64,000 nt of DNA. It comes from Myxococcota bacterium (GTDB taxonomy: Bacteria; Myxococcota_A; UBA9160; JAFDDA01). Every line of letters starts with the position of its first letter. Positions within the stretch are counted from its first letter, which is position 1. A program made the translations under genes and the position numbers. Location: positions 4,768,262-4,832,261 of the forward strand of contig OZ245817.1 of the NCBI GenBank assembly GCA_965228475.1. The letters run 5' to 3'. Below, piece after piece: positions 51,071 to 61,836 of the stretch. The notes under the pieces are model-generated. The model was not told where the DNA came from and did not search any database. It saw nothing but the letters and a program-made list of their open reading frames with translations.

Positions 51071-52018
51071 CTAGAGCGTGGTGAGCCGGGCGACGATCGC
51101 CCGTTCGGCGGTGTGGGCGTCGACGGCGGTGGCCACCGTGGTCGGCATGCCGATACCGAGGTTCGGATCCACCTCGTGTGTCCGGAGCGTACCTCGTTCG
51201 ATGGTCGTGACGACCGAGAGCCGTTCGAACGTGAGGGGGCTCGGGTCGACCAGCGCCCAGACCGTGAGCGGGTCGTGCAGGTAGGCGGCGTTGTCGGGCT
51301 CGAGATCGCCCCCGATGCCGGTGAAGAGCCTGTGCTGGACGGGCTTCCACAGGCCGATCTGGTGCGCGATCACCCGGGCCAGGGGGCCGGCGGCGGCCAT
51401 GGCCTCGACGTCGGCGTCGCGCAGCCAGGTCGCGAGGGTGACGTCGGCGGCCACCAGGGTCGTCTCGAAGCCGGCGCCAAGAACGGCACAGGTCGCCTCG
51501 GGGTCGGAGCAGAGGTTGTAGTCGATGCCCGGCTCGCAGACGTGCTTCCCGATGGCGACGCGTCGGATGTGCCCGCCCATCACGGTGAGGCGCGCGACGC
51601 GCTGCGGAAGCTCCGGGTCGAGCGCCACGGCGCGCGCGACATTCGTGAGCGGCCCGATGGCGACGATCTCGAGCCCGGGCGTCTCCTTCGAGAGCCGCAC
51701 GATCGCCTCGGGCGCGGGCTCGTCGTGGATCGCCGCGTCGACGGTTCCCGCCGGGACCATCTCGTCCTCGTGCCCGAACCACGAGTACCGGGACTGCGAC
51801 CGGAGAGCAGGCTGCGTCGGGCCCGCGAAGACCGGAACGTCCGTGCGCCCCGCGATCCCGAGCAGCCGCGCCGCGATCTCGGCCCGAAGCTTCGTATCAC
51901 CGGCCACGGTCGTCACGGCGACGAGGTCGAGTTCTTCGGCGCACGCGAGCACGAGGCCGAGGGCGACGGCGTCGTCGACGTCGCTTCCGATGTCCGTATC
52001 GAAGAGGATCTTCTTCAT
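51071..52018 (-). CDS. nucleoside hydrolase (IUNH family)
   Basis: ORF 51071..52072 trimmed to the ATG at 52018 (MKKILFDTDIGSDVDDAVAL, which carries the DxDxxxDD signature). GAGGAA SD. Confidence 0.85.
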   Translation of the reverse strand: MKKILFDTDIGSDVDDAVALGLVLACAEELDLVAVTTVAGDTKLRAEIAARLLGIAGRTDVPVFAGPTQPALRSQSRYSWFGHEDEMVPAGTVDAAIHDEPAPEAIVRLSKETPGLEIVAIGPLTNVARAVALDPELPQRVARLTVMGGHIRRVAIGKHVCEPGIDYNLCSDPEATCAVLGAGFETTLVAADVTLATWLRDADVEAMAAAGPLARVIAHQIGLWKPVQHRLFTGIGGDLEPDNAAYLHDPLTVWALVDPSPLTFERLSVVTTIERGTLRTHEVDPNLGIGMPTTVATAVDAHTAERAIVARLTTL

Positions 52019-52162
52019 CTGGGGGTTCCTCGGGAGGCGCCGGCGGAGCGCGTCGGTATGGTTCTGGCTCATGGCTCGCCCTGGCGGGCTCCGAGGCGTT
52101 TTCAGTATCGGAGTGCGGGCTGCGCTTTACTTCGCCTGAACCATACCGACGCGCTCCGCCGG

Positions 52163-53869
52163 CTACGAGTCGGTTTCCGCCACCTTGAGTCGAAGCCGTA
52201 GTCCGCCAGCGAGGACGTCGAACTCGTTCGCGGTGATCTCAGCGACGACGACCTCGCTCTGCCGGCCGGCTTCGAGGACCGTGTAGATCCCCCGCCCGGC
52301 GTCGGCGACGTCGAGTGAGAACGTGCGCCCGTCGGCGGCGATCTCGAATCGGTGCGCTTCGATCTGGCGAAGCTCGATTCGACGGGGATCCGTCTTCGCC
52401 TTCTTTTCGGAGACCTCGTAGATCTTCGCGGCCCCGGCGGCGGTGGACGGTGACCCGGCCCGATGGGCGGCGATCGCCGCCATCGCGTTCGCCAGGCGCA
52501 CGGCTTCCTCGTCCGCGGACCGCTCGAAGCTTCCGCCCATGTGCTCGTCGATGAAGCCCGTGTCGTAGTGCCCCTCGACGAACACCGGATGGTCCATCAC
52601 CCGCTCGTGGAACGGGATCGAGGTGCGGATCCCCGCAACGACATACTCGCCCAGGGCGCGCTTCATGCGGTCGATCGCCTCTCGCCGGTCCCGGCCCGTC
52701 GTGACGAGCTTCGCGACCATCGGGTCGTAGAAGACCGTGACCGTCGCCCCCTCGAAGACGCCATCGTCGACCCGGACGCCGGGCCCGCCCGGCGGACGGT
52801 AGACGCGGATCTCGCCGGGCGAGGGGAAGAAGTTCTTCTCCGGGTCCTCGGCGTAGATGCGCGCCTCGATCGCGTGGCCGCGAATCCGAACGTCGCCCTG
52901 CTCGATCCCGAGCGGCTCGCCGGCCGCCACGCGGATCATCGCCTTCACGATGTCGACGCCGGTGATCTCCTCGGTGATGGCGTGTTCGACCTGAACGCGC
53001 GTGTTCATCTCGAGGAAGTAGAAGCGCTGGTTCTCGTCGACGAGGAACTCGCACGTTCCCGCGCCGTGGTAGTCGACCGCCCGGGCCGCGGCGAGGGCGG
53101 CGGCGCCCATCTGCTCGCGAAGCTCCGGCGTCATGCGGTTCGCCGGCGCTTCTTCGACGAGCTTCTGGTGCCGGCGCTGGATGGAACACTCGCGCTCGCA
53201 GAGGTGGATCGCGTGGCCGTGCCGGTCGGCGAGGATCTGGATCTCGACGTGGCGCGGCCTCTCGATGAACTTCTCGACGTAGATCGCGTCGTCGCTAAAA
53301 CCGGAGCGGGCTTCGCTGCGTGCGCGCTCGATGGCGCCCGCGAGCTCGCTCTCCTCGCGCACGAGGCGCATGCCCTTGCCGCCGCCGCCGGCGCTCGCCT
53401 TCACCATCACGGGCAGGCCGATCTCCTTCGCGAAGGCGAGAGCCTCCTCGTCGGTCAGGGCCTCGGTCGTTCCCGGGACGATCGGGACGCCGGCCTGCTC
53501 CATCGTGCGGCGGGCGGTGACCTTGTCACCCATGCGCTCCATCACCTCGGCCTCGGGCCCGATGAAGGTGATGCCAGCGTCCTGGCAGGCGCGCGCGAAG
53601 GCGCCGCGCTCCGAGAGGAAGCCGTAGCCGGGGTGGATGGCCTCCGCGCCGCACGCCTTCGCCACCGCGAGGATCCGTTCGATCGCGAGGTAGGACTCGG
53701 CGGCGGGCGGGGGACCCACAGGGTAGGCCTCGTCCGCAAGCCGGACGTGCAGGGCGTCGCGGTCGGCTTCCGAGTAGACGGCGACGGCCTCGATGCCCAT
53801 CTCGCGACAGGCCCGGATCACGCGGACGGCGATCTCGCCGCGGTTCGCGATCAGGATCTTCTTGAACAT
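52163..53869 (-). CDS. biotin carboxylase (acyl-CoA carboxylase BC component) with a non-canonical C-terminal domain
   Basis: ORF 52163..53908. MFKKILIANRGEIAVRVIRA, GGGGKGMR, and full BC blocks through about aa 450. About 115 further residues follow without an (A/V)MKM biotinylation motif. Confidence 0.85.
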   Translation of the reverse strand: MFKKILIANRGEIAVRVIRACREMGIEAVAVYSEADRDALHVRLADEAYPVGPPPAAESYLAIERILAVAKACGAEAIHPGYGFLSERGAFARACQDAGITFIGPEAEVMERMGDKVTARRTMEQAGVPIVPGTTEALTDEEALAFAKEIGLPVMVKASAGGGGKGMRLVREESELAGAIERARSEARSGFSDDAIYVEKFIERPRHVEIQILADRHGHAIHLCERECSIQRRHQKLVEEAPANRMTPELREQMGAAALAAARAVDYHGAGTCEFLVDENQRFYFLEMNTRVQVEHAITEEITGVDIVKAMIRVAAGEPLGIEQGDVRIRGHAIEARIYAEDPEKNFFPSPGEIRVYRPPGGPGVRVDDGVFEGATVTVFYDPMVAKLVTTGRDRREAIDRMKRALGEYVVAGIRTSIPFHERVMDHPVFVEGHYDTGFIDEHMGGSFERSADEEAVRLANAMAAIAAHRAGSPSTAAGAAKIYEVSEKKAKTDPRRIELRQIEAHRFEIAADGRTFSLDVADAGRGIYTVLEAGRQSEVVVAEITANEFDVLAGGLRLRLKVAETDS

Positions 53870-53921
53870 GGGAGGGAGGGCTGCATGGACGAAACCCTCA
53901 GGATCCAAGAGCCTCGAGAAC

Positions 53922-55283
53922 CTAGAGCGACGCGATGTCGCGGATCCGGCGCTCCAGGACTTTCCGGTACTCGTCGATGTCGACGGTCTGCCGCGCGACG
54001 CCCGAGTCCATCGCCGCCTGGGCGACGGCCGGTGCCACGTGCAGCAGCACGCGCGAATCGAAGGGCTTCGGGATGATGTAGTTCGGCCCGAAGTGGAAGC
54101 GTTCGCCCGGGTAGGCGCGGCGCACGGCGTCCGGGACCTCGTCCTCCCCGTGCCGGGCCAGCTCGGCCAGCGCGTGCACGGCGGCCTGCTTCATCTCCTC
54201 GTTGATCGCGCGCGCGCGCACGTCGAGGGCGCCGCGGAAGATGAAGGGGAAGCCGAGGACGTTGTTCACCTGGTTCGGGAAGTCCGAGCGGCCCGTCGCC
54301 ATGATCGCGTCTTCGCGCACGGAGCGGACCTCGTCGGGCGTGATCTCCGGGTCCGGGTTGGCCATGGCGAAGATGATCGGGTTCGGCGCCATGGCCTTCA
54401 CCATCTCCGGCGTGACGAGACCGGCCGAGGAGAGGCCGACGAAGGCGTCGGCGCCGACCAGCGCCTCCGCAAGGGTGCGCAGCTCGGTCTTGCGGGCGTA
54501 CCGGGCCTTGTACTCGTTCATGCCCTCGGTGCGGCCTTCGTAGATCACGCCCCGGCTGTCGACGTGGATCAGGTTCTCGGGCGCGAGCCCGAGGTCGAGC
54601 CAGAGCTGCGCGCAGGCCAGCCCCGAGGCGCCGGCGCCGGAGAAGACGACGCGCGCCTCCTCGAGCTTGCGCCCGGTCACTTCCAGCGCATTCAGGAACG
54701 CGGCGGCCGAGATGATGGCCGTGCCGTGCTGATCGTCGTGGAAGACCGGGATGTCGAGCGTCTCCTGCAGGTGGCGCTCGATGATGAAGCACTCGGGGGA
54801 GCGGATGTCCTCGAGGTTGATGCCCCCGAAGGTCTTTGCCGTGAGCTCGCAGACGCGGATCACGTCTTCCGCGGACTCGCTGTCGACCTCGATGTCGAAG
54901 ACGTCGATGTCGGCGAAGCGCTTGAAGAGGACGCCCTTGCCCTCCATCACGGGCTTGCTCGCGGAGGCGCCGATGTTGCCGAGGCCGAGGACCGCCGTGC
55001 CGTTGGTGATGCAGGCGACGAGGTTGCCGCGCGCGGTGTACCGGAAGACCTGGTCGTCGTCCTTCGCGATCTCGCGGCAGGGCTCGGCGACCCCGGGCGT
55101 GTAGGCCAGGGACAGATCGTCCGCCGTCAGGGTCGGCTTGGTGGGAACCACCTTCACCTTCCCCGGCCGCCCGTCGGCGTGGTACGAAAGCGCCTGATCG
55201 CGCGTGCTCAACCGTCGTTTCCTTCCGTGTGTCCGCCCCGGACCGAGGGAGACCGTCGAGGGCCGGTCGGCCCCGGACTCCAT
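53922..55283 (-). CDS. NAD(P)-dependent malic enzyme (short form, no PTA domain)
   Basis: ORF 53922..55283. Motifs [33 protein letters not shown]. An alternative TTG start at 55211 has a GGAAGGAAA SD. Confidence 0.85.
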   Translation of the reverse strand: MESGADRPSTVSLGPGRTHGRKRRLSTRDQALSYHADGRPGKVKVVPTKPTLTADDLSLAYTPGVAEPCREIAKDDDQVFRYTARGNLVACITNGTAVLGLGNIGASASKPVMEGKGVLFKRFADIDVFDIEVDSESAEDVIRVCELTAKTFGGINLEDIRSPECFIIERHLQETLDIPVFHDDQHGTAIISAAAFLNALEVTGRKLEEARVVFSGAGASGLACAQLWLDLGLAPENLIHVDSRGVIYEGRTEGMNEYKARYARKTELRTLAEALVGADAFVGLSSAGLVTPEMVKAMAPNPIIFAMANPDPEITPDEVRSVREDAIMATGRSDFPNQVNNVLGFPFIFRGALDVRARAINEEMKQAAVHALAELARHGEDEVPDAVRRAYPGERFHFGPNYIIPKPFDSRVLLHVAPAVAQAAMDSGVARQTVDIDEYRKVLERRIRDIASL

Positions 55284-55389
55284 CCAAGGTGGCGGCGCGG
55301 AGAGGCGGAGTCTATCAGATCCAGGATTCGGCCGCAGAGGCGAAAACCCTTCTCTTCCAAAGGGTTGCCGCCTTCCCGGGCCTTCGCCC

Positions 55390-56529
<1,140 letters not shown>

Positions 56530-56672
56530 GTTGGAACCCCTTTTCTACTGGGAAGGAGGGCAAACTACGTCAACTGACGCGGTGCGGCAATCGCCGGGAG
56601 CCCGAGAAGCAGCGAGCCGGAGCGGGCCATGCCTCGCTCCGGCTCGCGGATGGATCCGGGTGCCCTGGGGCG

Positions 56673-57461
56673 CTAGGCGCCGGCGCCGAGCTGGCGCGAG
56701 AGCTCCTGGGCGGCGGCCTGGACCACCGGGACGATCCGGCGGTGCAGCTCGTCCGAGCCCATCCGGACGGTCGGGGCCGAGACGGAGATCGCGGCGACGA
56801 CCTGGCCGGCCTCGTCCTGGATGGGAGCGGCCGCACAGTCGAGACCGATCTCGCACTCCTCGAGGTCGATCGCGAAGCCCTGGCCCGCCACCGTGCGGAG
56901 CTCGTCGAAGAACTTCTCGCGGTCCGTGATCGTGGCCGGCGTGCGCGCCTCGAGGCCGGCGCCGACGCGCTCGCGGTCGAACCGCTCGCGCCGGGCATCG
57001 TCGGAGAAGCCCAGGAGGACCTTCCCGAGCGCCGTCGCGTGGATCGGCAGGGTCATGCCCGTGCGGTCCGCCGTGACCAGGAGCTGGTTCGGCAGCTCCG
57101 CGGCGAGATGGGCGACCTCGTCGCCGCGGATGGCCCCCAGGTGCGCCGTCTCTTCGAGCTCTGCGGCGATCTCGGCAAGGATGGGACGGGCGCGGCACAG
57201 GAGGCTGCGGCTCCGCGAGTAGGACTGGCCGAGTTCGAGGCAGCGCAGGCCCAGGCGGTACTGGTCGTCCGAGGAGGTCTGTTCGATGTAGCCCGACTGC
57301 TCGAGCGTCGCGAGCAGGCGGAACACGTTGTTCTTGTGGAGGTCCAGGCGGCGGGACAGCTCGGTCACACCGAGCCGCTCCTCTCCGTCGAACATCTCCA
57401 ACAACCGCAGCGCGTTGGTGACCGTCTGAATCGCGTAGTCGCTCTTGGGCTTCCTCGTCAT
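56673..57461 (-). CDS. IclR-family transcriptional regulator
   Basis: ORF 56673..57461. wHTH LGVTELSRRLDLHKNNVFRLLATL and a C-terminal IclR effector domain. Confidence 0.85.
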   Translation of the reverse strand: MTRKPKSDYAIQTVTNALRLLEMFDGEERLGVTELSRRLDLHKNNVFRLLATLEQSGYIEQTSSDDQYRLGLRCLELGQSYSRSRSLLCRARPILAEIAAELEETAHLGAIRGDEVAHLAAELPNQLLVTADRTGMTLPIHATALGKVLLGFSDDARRERFDRERVGAGLEARTPATITDREKFFDELRTVAGQGFAIDLEECEIGLDCAAAPIQDEAGQVVAAISVSAPTVRMGSDELHRRIVPVVQAAAQELSRQLGAGA

Positions 57462-58020
57462 GCGCGTGACGCTCCGCCCCCGGGAAGGCCGCAGCCCCTG
57501 GGGGTACTAGGGATGGTTCAACCTCTCACCACGCGCCCGGATCCAGAAGATCGAGTCGGGCGCGAAAGAAGCTTGGGCATCCCTCGGCGAAGCAAAGAGT
57601 GGCGCCCGACGACCGTCGGAGCGCAGGAGCGGAGCTGTAGGCGACGAAATTCACTCGTTGTATCCGGGTGGAGGGATGGTCCCGGGAACGAAAACGAAGC
57701 TCACACCGACGAGAACGACGAGAAATGGAGACGAGAAACGCAGAGAATCGGGGAGGAGTCGGAGCCTTCTTCGTTTTCGAACGCCGCTTCACTCGCGGCT
57801 CGATCGTTCTATCTCAGTCCCGAAAACCGGTCAAGCAAACTTCCCCAAAAAGACCCGAAAAAAGAGGTGAGACACAGTTCGGTGTCGGACGTTCGGTATC
57901 GCACGTGCGCGATGCGCGGAGAAGATGGCTTCCCCGTCGAGGGATCGCGTCGAAGCGAACTTTTTTCGAAGCGAGTCGGGAGCGCAGCGTTCCTGCGGGG
58001 AAGCGCGTACGAAGCGACGG

Positions 58021-58605
58021 CTAGACGCGAGCGTCCTCGCCCGTCGTGCCGTCGGAAGGAGTCGACGACTCCGAAGCGTCCGCTCTTTCCGACGAGGAAT
58101 TCGCATCCGCACCGCTGCGGTCCTCTCCCTCGGTCACGAGGAGTTCGAGGATCAGCAGACCGACGCCGACGACGATGAACGTGTCCGCGAGGTTGAAGTC
58201 GGGCCAGGAGTAGCCACTCCATAGCCGGAAGTGCAGGAAGTCGACGACCTCGCCCCCGCGGAACACGCGGTCGACCAGGTTGCCGGCCGCACCGCCGAGG
58301 ATGCTGCCGAGCGCGAAGGCCGGAAGCCGATCCCCAGGGGCGAGCTGTCGGTAGAAGGAGAAGATGATTCCGATCGCGAGTAGGGAAACCCCGACGAAGA
58401 AGAACATGCGGATGTTCTCGGGGGCGTCCGCGAAGAGACTGAATGCCGCGCCGGGGTTGCGGACGTGGGTCAGGTAGAAGAAGCCATCGATGACGGCCCG
58501 GCGGTCGGCGAAGGAAAGGTTGTCGAGCACCCACTGCTTCGTGGCCCAGTCGAGAACGAGGCTGATTGCCCCGGTCGCCGTAAAGATCTTCGATTTCGCC
58601 GACAT
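58021..58605 (-). CDS. lspA: lipoprotein signal peptidase II
   Basis: ORF 58021..58605. Motifs NPGAAFS, GGAAGNLVDR, PDFNLADTFIVVG. Extra Ser/Asp-rich tail. Confidence 0.9.
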   Translation of the reverse strand: MSAKSKIFTATGAISLVLDWATKQWVLDNLSFADRRAVIDGFFYLTHVRNPGAAFSLFADAPENIRMFFFVGVSLLAIGIIFSFYRQLAPGDRLPAFALGSILGGAAGNLVDRVFRGGEVVDFLHFRLWSGYSWPDFNLADTFIVVGVGLLILELLVTEGEDRSGADANSSSERADASESSTPSDGTTGEDARV

Positions 58606-58616
58606 GGCGCGCGACG

Positions 58617-59132
58617 CTAGCGCAGCTCGCCCGCTTCGAGCATTCCGTCGCCCCAGGCGTTCGGTGCGCGCCGCCGCGCCTCGTCGAGCAGCGGCGCGGC
58701 TTCGCGGCCGCGCCCGAGGGCCTGGAGCGCGCCGCCGCGCAGACCGAGCAGGTGGGTCTCGGCCTCGGGGGTCAGCTCCTGGTAGGCCTCGAGCAGCGAA
58801 CGGCAGCGATCGAGGGCCGAGAGGGCCCGCGCGGGGTCACCTCCTTCGAGTTCGTGGCGCGCCAGGGCCATGTACGCCCACGGATTCCCGGGGTCGACGG
58901 TCAGTGCCATCTCGTAGCGGTCGAGCGCGTTTCGCCGGTCGCCGAGGTCGTCGGCGCCCAGGCCTTCGTCCACGAGATGGTTGGAAGCGACGCGGCGGTC
59001 GTCGCCCTCGTCGAGGACGTCTTCGAACTCGAGGGCGTCGTCGCGCTCGGGCAGCGTCGGCGCGAAGCCCGACTGACAGGCGAGCGTTCCCAGGGGGAGC
59101 AGTAGGGTGGAGAGAAGCCGCAGTGTCTTCAC
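58617..59132 (-). CDS. TPR-like lipoprotein
   Basis: Last 171 codons of ORF 58617..61514. The GTG at 59130-59132 overlaps the PBP stop (GTGA). Lipobox LPLGTLAC. TPR-like helices (ALDRYEMALTVDPGNPWAYMALA). Confidence 0.6.
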   Translation of the reverse strand: MKTLRLLSTLLLPLGTLACQSGFAPTLPERDDALEFEDVLDEGDDRRVASNHLVDEGLGADDLGDRRNALDRYEMALTVDPGNPWAYMALARHELEGGDPARALSALDRCRSLLEAYQELTPEAETHLLGLRGGALQALGRGREAAPLLDEARRRAPNAWGDGMLEAGELR

Positions 59133-61507
59133 GCGTCGTTTCCTCTTCCGCGACTGGCGCCGGGTTCCCCGCGGCGCCGCGCGAACCCGGGGCAGGTGGT
59201 CTCGGGCTCGGTCCCCGAGAGGAAGTATTCGGCCCGGCGGCGCGGGCAGGCGCGCAGGGCGCGCGCGCCGCTCTCGGGATCGATGTCCATGCGGACCACC
59301 CCTTGGGGAGGGAAGAAGGCGCCGCGGATGTTGCCGCCCGTCGCTTCCCGAACGAACTGAGCCCAGATCGGCAGCGCGGCGCTCGCGCCCGAGAGCCCGA
59401 TGCTGCGCGGCTCGTCGAAGCCGACCCAGACCGCCACGACCAGTTCTGGCGTGAAGCCGATGAACCAGGCGTCGCGCTCGTCGTCGGTGGTGCCGGTCTT
59501 GCCGGCGAGCGCGCCGGTGAGCCCGTGGCTCGAGAGTGAGCGCCCCGTCCCGCGCTCGATCACGCCTTCGAGCAACGACGTCGCCAGGTAGGACGTGCCT
59601 TCGTCGAGCACGCGGCGGAAGCTCGTCTTCCTGCGCTCGAGCTGTTCCCCGCGGGCGTCCACCACCTCGTCGAAGGTGCGCACCACGGGGCGGATCCCGC
59701 CGCTCGCCAGGGTCGCGTAGGCACGCGCCATCTCGAGAGGCGAGACGTCCGCGGTCCCGAGGGCGAGGCTCGGCACCTCGGGCAGGTCGCTCTCGATGCC
59801 GAGCCGCCGCGCCACGTCGACCACGCGGTCGACGCCGATGTCCTGGGCGAGCCGCGCCGTCGCCACGTTGAGCGAGCGCTCGAGCGCCTCGCGCACCGCC
59901 ACCCGGCCGTGGAACTGATGGTCGTAGTTGTTCGGGGCCCAGACCCCCGAGGGCGTCTTCACCTGGAGCGGTTCGTCCGAAAGGAAGTCGGCCAGTGTGA
60001 TTCCGTCGCCCTCCCGCGCCCGTTCGAGGGCGGCGATGTAGACGAACGGCTTGAACACGCTGCCCGCGGGGCGCCGGGCCTGGGTGCAGCGGTCGAACTG
60101 AGAGACGCCGTAGTCGCGCCCACCCACCAGCGCGAGCACCTCCCCCGTCTGGGGGCGAAGCGCGACGACACATCCTTGAATGCGCGCGAGGGGGTCTTCG
60201 CTCTGCTTTTCGGGGTGGCGTTTCTCGATCGCGTCGAGGCCCTCGCGCAGGGCCTTCGCCGCCGCGAGCTGGAGTCGGAGATCCACGGTGGCGTGGATCT
60301 GCATCCCCTCGCTCGCGAGCTGCTTGCGGTCGTAGTGGTCGGGGAGCTGGCGCTCGAGGGCCGCCATGAAGTATCGGGCGTCCCGGGCGTCGGGTGTGAC
60401 CTCGGCGAGCAGGAGCGGCTCGTTCTTCGCGTGCTCCCAGGTCTTGCGGTCGATCCGGCCCTGGTCGTGCATGAGGTCGAGCACGAGGTTGCGGCGCTCG
60501 ATGGCCCGCTCGGGCCGGCGGTTGGGCGAGATCGCGTTGGGGCTCTGGATGATCGCCGCCAGCAGCGCGGACTCCGCGGGTTCGAGATCGCTCGCCGCCT
60601 TCCCGAAGTAGAGCCGCGCGGCCTGGCCGACGCCGTGGACGGCCGTCGGCCCGCGCTGGCCGAGGTAGATCTCGTTCAGGTAGGCCTCGAGGATCTCGCC
60701 CTTCTCGAACCGCCACTCGACGAGCAGCGCCATCACCGCTTCCTGGAGCTTGCGCGTATAGGTCCGCTCGGGCGTGAGGAAGAAGTTCTTCACGAGCTGC
60801 TGGGTCAGGGTGGAGCCACCCTGGCGAACCGAACCGGCCTGGAGGTTCGCGATCAGGGCGCCGGCGATGCGGCGCGGATCGATGCCCGAGTGGGTCGGAA
60901 AGCGCTGGTCCTCGACGGCGAGGATGGCGTCGACGAGCGCCGGCGGGAGGTCTTCGAGCTGGACGAGCTCGCGCTGCTCGCGGTCCGGCCCGTAGTAGAA
61001 GCCGACGGGCTCGGGCGCGAGCGGCACCGCGCCGAGCCGGCGTCCGCCGGGCGTCGTGACGCGGACGATGATCGGGCCGACCAGCCGGAGTTCGACCTTG
61101 GTGCTCTGCTCCCCCGCCCCGGGCCGCTTCGACGGCCGCAGGTGCAGGCGGACGCGATCCCCCTCCCAGTCGTACTGGCCGGGCGCCGGCGTGCGCCCGC
61201 GAACGCGCCGGTAGCCGAGCCGCGCGAGCGTCCCGCGCAGGTCCGTCTGCTGCCAGTCGAGCCCCTGGTAGAGGACCACCGGCTGCGAGAGCACCTGGCT
61301 CGGAACCTGGAACGTGCGGCCCTCGAACCGCTCCACCACGATGCGATCGAGGCGGATCACCCAGACCGCGAGGAACACGCCGGTCACGAAGGCCACCGCG
61401 GCGATCGGAATCCAGAGCTTGCGGATCAGCGCGGCGATGCCGCCCGCCGTGCGGGCGATGATGCCGCGCGAGCCCCTCTTCCGACTCTTCTTCTTGGTTC
61501 GGGCCAC
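59129..61507 (-). CDS. bifunctional class A penicillin-binding protein (glycosyltransferase GT51 + transpeptidase)
   Basis: ORF 59129..61507. GT51 motifs EDQRFPTHSGID and GGSTLTQQ. Transpeptidase motifs SVFKP, SLN, KTGTT. N-terminal TM anchor. Confidence 0.9.
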   Translation of the reverse strand: MARTKKKSRKRGSRGIIARTAGGIAALIRKLWIPIAAVAFVTGVFLAVWVIRLDRIVVERFEGRTFQVPSQVLSQPVVLYQGLDWQQTDLRGTLARLGYRRVRGRTPAPGQYDWEGDRVRLHLRPSKRPGAGEQSTKVELRLVGPIIVRVTTPGGRRLGAVPLAPEPVGFYYGPDREQRELVQLEDLPPALVDAILAVEDQRFPTHSGIDPRRIAGALIANLQAGSVRQGGSTLTQQLVKNFFLTPERTYTRKLQEAVMALLVEWRFEKGEILEAYLNEIYLGQRGPTAVHGVGQAARLYFGKAASDLEPAESALLAAIIQSPNAISPNRRPERAIERRNLVLDLMHDQGRIDRKTWEHAKNEPLLLAEVTPDARDARYFMAALERQLPDHYDRKQLASEGMQIHATVDLRLQLAAAKALREGLDAIEKRHPEKQSEDPLARIQGCVVALRPQTGEVLALVGGRDYGVSQFDRCTQARRPAGSVFKPFVYIAALERAREGDGITLADFLSDEPLQVKTPSGVWAPNNYDHQFHGRVAVREALERSLNVATARLAQDIGVDRVVDVARRLGIESDLPEVPSLALGTADVSPLEMARAYATLASGGIRPVVRTFDEVVDARGEQLERRKTSFRRVLDEGTSYLATSLLEGVIERGTGRSLSSHGLTGALAGKTGTTDDERDAWFIGFTPELVVAVWVGFDEPRSIGLSGASAALPIWAQFVREATGGNIRGAFFPPQGVVRMDIDPESGARALRACPRRRAEYFLSGTEPETTCPGFARRRGEPGASRGRGNDA

Positions 61508-61541
61508 GCTTCACCCCCCGGCGCCGCGACCGACGCCGGGC

Positions 61542-61661
61542 CTAGCCCGACGCGGATTCGACGTAGGTGAACTCCTCGATGGGCTCGGCCGGCACCACGC
61601 CCGTCGGCTGGGCCCGCTCCGGCGAATCGGGCTGCGTGTCCGCCTTCATCACGATGATCAT
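61542..61661 (-). CDS. candidate small protein (39 aa), unknown function
   Basis: Below the ORF-track size cut-off. Hand translation gives MIIVMKADTQPDSPERAQPTGVVPAEPIEEFTYVESASG. There is an AGGAG SD 6 nt upstream of the ATG (61659-61661). The ORF ends 34 nt before the PBP1A start. Confidence 0.3.
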   Translation of the reverse strand: MIIVMKADTQPDSPERAQPTGVVPAEPIEEFTYVESASG

Positions 61662-61836
61662 GGTGCGCTCCTGGGGGGTGTTGCCCCCGGGGGAACCCGA
61701 AGCGGGCGAGGAGGCCGAAAGCCACCGCCAGCCGGATGGGATACCGTCTCGGAAGCGGTGCGGAGGCTAGGGGTGGGGAGCTGCCCCCGTCAAGCCCGCC
61801 CTTGAAATTCCACAACGATTCCTGAGATTTGCACGA

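Noticed and set aside
57462-58020. tmRNA, RNase P RNA, SRP RNA or 6S RNA in the long lspA-iclR spacer
   Set aside because: No GGGGnnGA 5' end or TTCGAnTCC...CCACCA 3' end, no GAGGAAAGTCCGG or ACAGAA RNase P blocks, and no SRP GGAA/AGCA motif. It is kept only as an unexplained region in findings.
59133-61514. N-terminal about 790 aa of the 965-aa ORF 58617..61514
   Set aside because: This frame is antisense-like noise over the PBP1A gene (59129..61507, different frame). Only the last 171 codons, the TPR lipoprotein with a lipobox, look genuine.
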